From Octopus sinensis (taxonomy: Eukaryota), in NCBI RefSeq assembly GCF_006345805.1, contig NC_043000.1, positions 154,752,001 through 154,816,000 on the forward strand: a DNA stretch of 64,000 nt, read 5' to 3'. The notes below the pieces were generated by a model that worked only from the letters and a program-made list of their open reading frames with translations, was not told the DNA's origin and ran no database searches. Made by a program: the position numbers and the translations under genes. Below, piece after piece: positions 53,351 through 64,000 of this stretch; the stretch's first letter is position 1; the number at the start of each line of letters is the position of its first letter.

Positions 53351-53981
53351 ACTAGAATGATTGAACAAAAACAAGAAAAACGAAAATAAATGCAGAAGAC
53401 AACAAATAAGAACAAGAAGGAATCTTCAAAAGGAGAGTAGGGAACCACACTGAGTAATTTGGAGTACTCCACTCAACTCCAATTTACCTTGGCACATTAC
53501 AGGCAAGTGCCTTATCCCATTTCAACTTGTTAGCCTAAAACTGCATTGTCAGAGCAGGACCATTTAGCTGCAAGTATTTTTCCACTTTCACTTATCTTTC
53601 ATAAATTTTACTGGAGGGCACATGCCTCTTTTTATATTCTCTCTTTTCTTCTCATGTGGTACTTGGTAGATAAAGGCTTAGCTTGAGAGGAAATGTGGTC
53701 TTTGAAACGACATAGCTTTCTGTGCCATAGATACTAGATAGAGAGGAAGAGTACTCACTCTTCATTGTCAAAGGAAGGCTATGATTTGATGTCCATGATC
53801 GGCTTGGCTGATAGCTGGATCTTCCTGCATATGATACCAGCTGTTTGATATAAACCCTCAAAATAGAGACACATGCATTCAACAAAAGTACTTGCTACAT
53901 AGTCTCATCTCTGTGTATGTATCTCTGATTGGTTTGGTTGCTGGCAGCTTCAACATGGCCATGCCTGTAGAGTTTATTTCA

Positions 53982-54165
53982 TCATCATCATCGTTTAACA
54001 TCCGTTTTCCGCGCTAGCATGGGTTGGACGGTTCGACTGGGGTCTGGGAAGCCAGGGGATGCACCAGGCTCCAGTCTGATCTGGCAGAATCTCTACAGCT
54101 GGATGCCCTTCCTAACGCCAACCACTCTGCGAGTGTAGTGGGTGCTTTTTACGTGCCACCTGCAC
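53982..54165 (-). mobile_element. SINE family D, 5'-truncated
   Basis: 11-bp TSD AGTTTATTTCA at 53971-53981 and 54166-54176. Confidence 0.9.
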
Positions 54166-54179
54166 AGTTTATTTCAAAT

Positions 54180-55560
<1,381 letters not shown>

Positions 55561-55794
55561 TCATACACATTAAACTGATCTGAACGAATCAGTGTTCTAC
55601 TAAAGCCGAGTTTAGTGCCAACTCACTCTATGATGTATCATGTGAGAAGGAGATGCTGGGGATTACATAAGTCTGGTGAAAGTTGACTGGTGCTTATTTT
55701 ATGAATCTTGAAAGGATAGAATGCAAAGTCAGCCTCAGAAGTAGTCAAAACGTAATGAAACGGAAGAAATACTGCTAAACTTTTTCTCCAACAT

Positions 55795-56180
55795 TCTTTT
55801 ATTCCTTTATTTGCTTTAGTCATTTGACTGTGGCCATGCTAGAGCATCGCCTTTAGTCAAAAACAAATCGATCCTATGACTTATTCTTTGTAAGCCTGGT
55901 ACTTATTCTGTTGGCCTCTTTTGCCGAACTGCTAAGTTACAGGGACGTAAACACACCAACATCAGTTGTCAAGCGATGGAGAGGGGCAAACACAGACACA
56001 CACACACATATATATGTGACAAACTTCTTTCAGTTTCTGTCTACCAAATCCACTCACAAAGCTTCAGTTAGCCCGAGGCTACAGTAGAAGACACTTGCCC
56101 AAGGTGCCATGCAGTAGGACTGAACCTGGAACCATGTGGTTGGGAAGCAAGCTTCTTACCACACAGCCACACCTGCACCT
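55795..56180 (-). mobile_element. SINE family A, older copy
   Basis: Family consensus match. Confidence 0.88.
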
Positions 56181-56757
56181 AACTTCTTACCATGCAGCCA
56201 CGCCATGTTAAAAATGCTATCAGATTGCTACCTAAATGATTATGATAATAATGATATCTTCTCACATATTTGAAAACGTTATATTTTTAAGGCAAAGAAA
56301 ATAGAAAGTTACAATAACTTTTTTCTCACTTTCCACATGATACACAAAATGAATAAATGAGTTGGGAAAATTTACTTTTCATGTTAAACATTATATGATA
56401 CAATCAACAACAATGACAACAACAACAACAACAAAAAAGTATCTAAAACCTTGCGCAATATAATTAGTTATTTAAACATAAGAGACAGACACGTAAAAAA
56501 AAAAATTGCAATTGATTAAGTTTTTTTTTTATATAGTGGTTATCTTTCTTAATTTGTTCAGATTTTTTTTTTTGTGTGTGCCATAGAAAATTCACTATAA
56601 ATAAATAAGTTCTGAAAATGAAAATGAAGCATTAAATTTGTTTATTCAAAGAAAGAAACAAATTCATACAGAATCAATAATTAATTAAAGTATTAGTTAA
56701 TAATGTAAATAACCTTTCAAAACAACAAAGCCAAATTCAACAACATATGTATATATG

Positions 56758-56816
<59 letters not shown>

Positions 56817-57953
56817 GCACATAGATACATACATATATATATGCATACATATAATATATACATATAGGTGTGTGTGTATATATATATATATGTATATATA
56901 CATATATATATATATTATATATATATATATATATATACATATACATACATATATACATATATACACACACAAATATAAAACCAAACACATTCAAAAATTG
57001 ATTATGTTAATAGAAATGAAATTTATAGTTCTAAAAAAATTTTTTTTCATAAATGAAAAAAACATTTCGGTGTGCTGGAATATTTTGATTTGATAAGTTA
57101 ACTTTTTAAAATTTAAGAAAAAAAATAAACATTTATCAGATTTTTGAATATTTCAACAGAAAGCCTTCAATTAAATATCGTAAAGTGCTATAAGCAATTG
57201 AAAATTTTTTTTATAAATACACTTTTCATTATTTATATAAAATATAATTTTTTTTGTTGTCATTCATAAATTTTAGAATGTCTAACAGTAAAGGAATGAA
57301 TTATATTTCTTTAAGTTTATTTGTAAGAGAATGTTCCTCAAGAGTGTGCGATATTTTTGGAATGTTATATTACTGTATAACAGATAATGTTGCAAGATAT
57401 CTTTGGCTCTATTTTATATTGCTAGCTATTATAAGAATTACACAGCTATATATAAACTAATCTCCCACAATTTTTATTGCCATTTTCCTATAGTTTTAAT
57501 GCTCTTTAAACATGACTTACACTGGAAATTACTGCCTTTGATTGTGACTTCATGATATGTCGAAAAACATAAGTATATTCAAATTGTCAATGCAATATGT
57601 AGGTGAAGCTTAATAAAGAACAAGAAACAAAAATACTTTTCCTTCTCAAAAAACGAAAAGAAAAAAGAATAAAATTTAAGTTAATTCCTCTCATTTATAG
57701 GCTTTTTGAATAAGAAACAACTCAGCTGATTGTGCAAACAAGGTTTCTGCATAGAGTTTAAATAAATGAATACATAACTATGTGCAGGAGGAATAATTTG
57801 CAAAAACATGTCATAGCAGAAAGACTGAAAGACCAAAAGATTAATAAAGACAGCCTAACTCTTTCTGATTCCTTTGATTTCCTTAATTGCTATAGGAATA
57901 AAGGAAACTGATAGAGTATCTGGCACTAATTCGGCTGCAAGGATATAAAAATC

Positions 57954-58236
57954 AAAACAGTTTATCCATGGCTCGATAAGAAGGAGTCAATTAATTAACT
58001 AAGTATTAAATCAACTGACTATTTCACAGAAGTGAATTAACTAATAATCTGAAATTATATAACACTTCACAGACATATATAACTATGTTTAAAGTAAAAC
58101 AGCTTATCCATGGTCCTAGCAGAAAGAGTTAATTAGCCAAGTATTAAATCAAACTGACCATTTTGCAGAGATGCATTAATTACCAATAACACTGAATTAG
58201 TTTAAACATTTCACAGACATATATAGCTATATTTAA
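57954..58236 (+). repeat. Diverged ~143-bp tandem duplication
   Basis: AAAACAG.TTATCCATGG...AAGTATTAAATCAA...TTCACAGACATATATA occurs twice. Confidence 0.85.
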
Positions 58237-59039
58237 CTTGAAGGCTGGAAATTTTAATAGATATAGTTCTGTGAAAGTTTGATAAAAGCCAGACATTTTA
58301 TTGTTCTTACAGAACAATGTATGTATGTAGGTATGTAAGTATGTGTATATGTATATATGTGTTTAAAAATCTATATCTCTGTCTATCTATGTATATATGT
58401 ATAAGAAGACACCTCTTCATTACTGCTGGAGTTTTCTGCCAAGTATGGTCAGTTAAGCAACATTGATGTGTGTGTACATATATATATATATATATAATAT
58501 ATATATATATATTATATATATATATATGTATATATATATATGTATATATGTATGTATGTATGTATATATGTATATGTATGTATATATGTATATCTATGTA
58601 TATATATATGTGTATGTATATATATATATATTATATATATATATATATTATATATATATATATTATATATGCATGTGCATGTGTGTGTACATGTGTGTGT
58701 GTATGTACATGTGTGTGTGTGTGTGTGTGTGCCTGTGCAAAATCTGCAGAAACTGACACAGGAAAATGAGAATAAAAGAAATCTCATCAATGAAAGACTC
58801 TTAGTTCTTTCTTATTGCTGATACAGGTTTCCGTGGCATGGAAAATCTTAATTCAAAGTGGTGATTGAATGACAATGAGCAGGAAGTAAAGATATATGAA
58901 GTAGCCACTGAGAGTAATGTTGCATGGCACACCTTTGAAATTATTGCATATAAACAGACATACACTAAGTAGGTATGTAAATGCATTGTGTTTATATATA
59001 TATAGATATATACATATACATACATACATATATATATAT

Positions 59040-59097
<58 letters not shown>

Positions 59098-59127
59098 ATA
59101 TATATATATATATATATTATATACATA

Positions 59128-59543
59128 TACTCTTTTTACTCTTTTTTACTTGTTTCAGTTATTTGACTGCGGCCATGCTGGAGCACCGCCTTTAGTCGAG
59201 CAAATTGACCCCGGAACTTATTCTTTGTAAGCCCAGTACTTATTCTATCGGTCTCTTTTGCCAAACCACTAAGTGACGGGAACGTAAACACACCAGCATC
59301 GATTGTCAAGCAATGCTAGGGGGACAAACACAGACACACAAACATATACACACACATATATATATATATATACATATATACGACGGGCTTCTTTCAGTTT
59401 CCATCTACCAAATCCACTCACAAGGCATTGGTCGGCCCGGGGCTATAGCAGAAGACACTTGACCAAGATGCCATGCAGTGGGACTGAACCCGGAACCATG
59501 TGGTTGGTTAGCAAGCTACTTAACACACAGCCACTCCTGTGCC
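59128..59543 (-). mobile_element. SINE family A
   Basis: Family consensus match. Confidence 0.92.
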
Positions 59544-60217
59544 TATATATATATATATTTTTTTTTTTTTGCTTGTATTATTTAGAATGGTAATATACAT
59601 TGGGGAATATGTCATAAAAGCAGATAACTTTGATAATATTTCTCTTGTAACTTAAAGACAAACCAGACTAGACTGCGACCACCAGCTGGCAGCACATTTT
59701 ACCATTATATAAATGCATCCATCTCTCATGCGACAATTAAGAGGTGGGTAGCTTAAACAGTAGTAAACAGAAACCACCCTAATGTAGGATGTGATATGCC
59801 AGCAGAAGGAAACTGAGATCTTTACTAATTATTTTTACACAGTTGATACTCATCATCTAATAATTAGAAGTAGAAGAGACAACTAATGAGCTGCAGTAGT
59901 TCTAAGAATTAGCTCTACCTTCAAGAAAGCTGGATTTTGTCAATAACTGAAGAGAGAACAGATACTGTATATATTATTCAATTTAGATTCTGCCTAAGCT
60001 AATTCATAACCTTTTAATATTTAACGAAGGTTCTATGTAAATTATTGTCATTATCTGCTGCATGTCTCAATATGGCCAGTAACTAATGACTTATTTTCTG
60101 AGACGTATGTACTTTAAGTCATTAATCTATCTATTTGTTGGTCACTCTGTATATGCTATATATAAACAGATATAATACATATATATATATATTATATATA
60201 TATATATAACATAACCA

Positions 60218-60249
<32 letters not shown>

Positions 60250-60619
60250 GTATATATATGTATGTATAATATACAAACTATGTAAAATACATACACACAA
60301 CTATATATAACATATATACATACATCTTTAACTATAAATATAATATACATATATACATAAATTACATACATAGATATATACTTTTATATTTATATCACCA
60401 GTGGAGCATTGGTCACTCTATGACTGGACATATGTTTAACTTCATATATATACTTATATATATGTATGTATGTATGTGTATATATATATATATATATATA
60501 TAATGTGTGTGTGTGCATGTATACATGTATATACAGATATAATATATATATTCAATATATGCAATAGATGTGATACATATAATACATTTTAAATGTCATA
60601 CATATATGTGTTATATGCA

Positions 60620-60650
<31 letters not shown>

Positions 60651-60651
60651 A

Positions 60652-60900
60652 AACATATGTAACACACACACTTATATAATATATGTAGATATTACTCACA
60701 CACACCCATATACATATGTTATGTAATGATGATGAATATACACACATACATGCATATATATATATATATATATATAACATATGTAACACACACACTTATA
60801 TAATATATATAGATATTACTCAAAGACACACTCATATACATATGTTATGTAATGATGATGAATATACACACATACATGCATATATATATATATATATATA
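60652..60900 (+). repeat. About 124-bp tandem duplication in a microsatellite field
   Basis: CATATGTTATGTAATGATGATGAATATACACACATACATGC occurs twice. Confidence 0.85.
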
Positions 60901-61269
60901 TACATACATCCATATATATGTGTACATATATAAAGAGGGTAGGTGAGAGAGACAGGAAGCAAAAGAAAGAGAGAAAAGGGAGAGGGGAGTGTTTGATAGA
61001 ACAAAGTGGATAAATAGAACTTAATACATGATTGTGTGTATATTTTTATCCATGAATTGCTAGAAAACTACTGAAGTGACTCGAGGTCCAAAATTTTGTT
61101 CCTGACACTTTTGATAAGTGCATAGAGAATCAGATAGCAATGAATGAAGTCATAACCAATCCCTGACATAAAAATCATCAACGGCTTCCAGAAGTGAGAG
61201 AATCACAACAGAAGTATGAAACTGAAAAGCCAGGTTATGAAAGCATGAAGAGTGTTTATGGCACAATCA

Positions 61270-62640
61270 ATAACTAAGTGAATTGAAGTTTGTACAAGAA
61301 TGGTATCCTACTGATGCTCTCTTCCTACTGCATCATTGCAGGAGAAATTCTTACATAATATCAAACCCCTATATTTAGAACTCCTTGATATGGAGAAAAC
61401 CTTTGAAAAGGTTCCTGCTCAGTTACCTGGTGGTTGGTAAGAGACCTCGGTGTTGAATTATGGATTCCAACCACCATGGAGGCCATTTATAGAGGTGGTG
61501 TCAGTAAGGTTTGAGTTACAAATAACTTCATTAAGGAATTTAGCATGTATCTAAGGGTCTGTCAGTGTTGTTATCCAGCCCTACTCTAGGTTATAACACA
61601 AATATTTGAAACCTGCTCGTTATTGGAAGTCTTGTATGCCAATGAACAATTCTCATTGCTTAACCTGTTTCAAGACTTAGGAAGAAATTCCAAAAGTGAA
61701 AGTAAAACATTGACAGAAAAAAGCCTTCCAGGAAACTTAGCAAAGATTTAGTTCCTTGGAAGGTGAACAGGACTTTACTGCTAACTGGAAAGCCATGCTT
61801 ACCTGCAGTAAAGGAGTTGGTGGCTATTCCATATAGTGTCTCCAATTTAAACCATGAGTGCACAAGAGGTGTTGTGGGATCACAGTAAAGCTCACAGAAA
61901 AGGTAGAGGGTTAGTAACAGATGCACAAGAATATTTAACAGCATAAGTAACCATGAAATAAACTCTTTCAAATACCCGGAAGTTTTGCTTACAGTATTAA
62001 ATAAGTAATTTAATTTGGAGTGTAGGTTTGTGTTTTGAGAACACAGTCAACAGAGTGGAAAAGATTTCTGAGAGTTATGACCTGTGTAGGCAATGAGATA
62101 TCCACTCACCATATTGTATGATGTTTGTCCACAAAATACAACAATGCATTGTTGCAAAAGAGCAAAGGTGAGTACCAGAAAAATCAGATGTAATGCCATA
62201 GTGTATACTCTTTACTCTTTTACTCTTTTACTCTTTTACTTGTTTCAGTCATTTGACTGTGGCCATGCTGGAGCACCACCTTTAGAATGATGTTTGTGAA
62301 CAAAATATGATACTGCATGGTTGCAAAACATGGACAGTGAATGCAGAATATGGGAAGAAATAAGCCAAGAATGCTCTGATTGAGGTGTGAATGAGACTTA
62401 GGGAAAAGAGTTCAGAGCAAAAGTGAGTACCAGAAAAATCGGATGTAGTGCACGAAACAAAACACTGGGTATGAACATGTAATGCCTATCAGGCATGACA
62501 AAAGGCATAAAAGAAATTTGTTATGTAATCCAAGTATAAGGAACTTTCAGAACAGGAAGCTCAAAGAAGACACAAGATGTCAGGGAAGAGGACCTCAGGA
62601 AGTGGAAACTCATAAAAGAGATGATGATAAAGAACTGTAA
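61270..62640 (+). mobile_element. Degenerate RTE-clade LINE, RT region to 3' end
   Basis: TDALFLL..LQEKF..KPLYLELLDMEKTFEKVP..WWLVRDLGVELW..EVLYANE (D.EKAFD and LYADD motifs, decayed). Confidence 0.8.
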
Positions 62641-63263
62641 CAAATGAACCTGAATGTAAAATTTCTGTCTTTCTCTCCACTTACAAGTAGTGGACTTATG
62701 CAAAAGTTTGTGTCCACATATACACTGAATTACATGAATTAGAGGAACAAACACATTCAGATGCACACACACAGTCACACAGATACATAAACATGGAAAT
62801 AAACTTACACACACATATGTATATATACACTTCTTCATGTGTATATACGTATATGAATATATACATATACACACACATATATATACATATTTATGTATGT
62901 AAAGCTATACTTTATAACTATATATATATATGTATGTGTATATATATATATATGTTTATATATAAAGATATATATGTGTATGTATATATACATATACACA
63001 CGTATATATGTATACATATTTAAGTAAAGCTATATTTTATAACTATATATGTGTTGTTTGTGTATATATATATATGTATATATATATGTGTCTGTGTATA
63101 TATATATGTATATATACACACACACACATATCCACACATTATATATGTACTTCCAGATATTTTATATATTATGTATTCACACATACCTATCTATCTATTG
63201 ATCTGTTCATCGATCTATCTATCAGTATATATATATACATCTATGTATATATATACATATATC

Positions 63264-63295
<32 letters not shown>

Positions 63296-63734
63296 AATAT
63301 TTGTTTTTATATTGAAAGAGAACAAAAACAATTTTACAGTAAGCTGTTGCAGAGTATACATATCTTTATTTTAGTATATATTTCATCATGGTTTGGCAGC
63401 TTGAATCATGTATCAGGTTTAAATAACAACCCCATCAGTTACATAAATATAAGAAAACATATACAAATGATAAATGAAGTAAATAATATTCCAAAAATGG
63501 AATAAACAAACTGTAAATATGTATAAGACAATCTCAGAATGATTATTTATCTTTTCTATTTTCTCCCATAATAAGGTTTTCACATTCAATGCCATCTAAT
63601 ACTTACGGATAATGCTGTAATGGATTCTATTCATAGACACATTATGATCACCCATTTAACTGAAACCACATTCAGACAAACACACTTTAATTCATCATAT
63701 ACATCTACATGTACATGTATATATATACTTATAC

Positions 63735-63769
<35 letters not shown>

Positions 63770-63861
63770 CTTATACATGTGTGTGTGTATATAAATACAA
63801 ATACATACCTATATGGATACATACATGTATATAAGTGTTTGCATATGTTTGTACAATATAT

Positions 63862-63892
<31 letters not shown>

Positions 63893-64000
63893 CATATGTA
63901 CAAGCATACATACACTCACACTATATATACATATGATTATGATGATATATACACACACATTAACATATACACACATATACATACATACATACATACATAC

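Noticed and set aside
58827-58972. Exon-like segment with acceptor and GTATGT donor on the + strand
   Set aside because: No open reading frame through it; no other support

Overview
AT-rich, microsatellite-dense eukaryotic DNA. The SINE repertoire suggests an octopus/coleoid cephalopod genome (inference). No intact cellular gene is evident; the window looks intronic or intergenic. It holds about 30 SINE copies from at least four families, many with clear TSDs. It also holds a young 5'-truncated R4/Dong-clade LINE in (TAA)n, older Dong, CR1, RTE, L2 and Tx1 fossils, a piggyBac-like MITE, and a histone H3 copy (R17C, A29D, P66L, R83C) inserted in a Tx1 fossil. Two signals stand out. (1) Long foldback elements, several carrying minimal type-I hammerhead ribozyme motifs of three unrelated sequence families, cluster at 36.9-41.4 kb and resemble Penelope pLTRs or retrozymes. 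(2) Short insertions copied from DNA 0.8-1.4 kb away recur, each flanked by a target-site duplication. Almost all ORFs in the track are microsatellite or SINE artefacts. Coordinates and pairings were read by eye.
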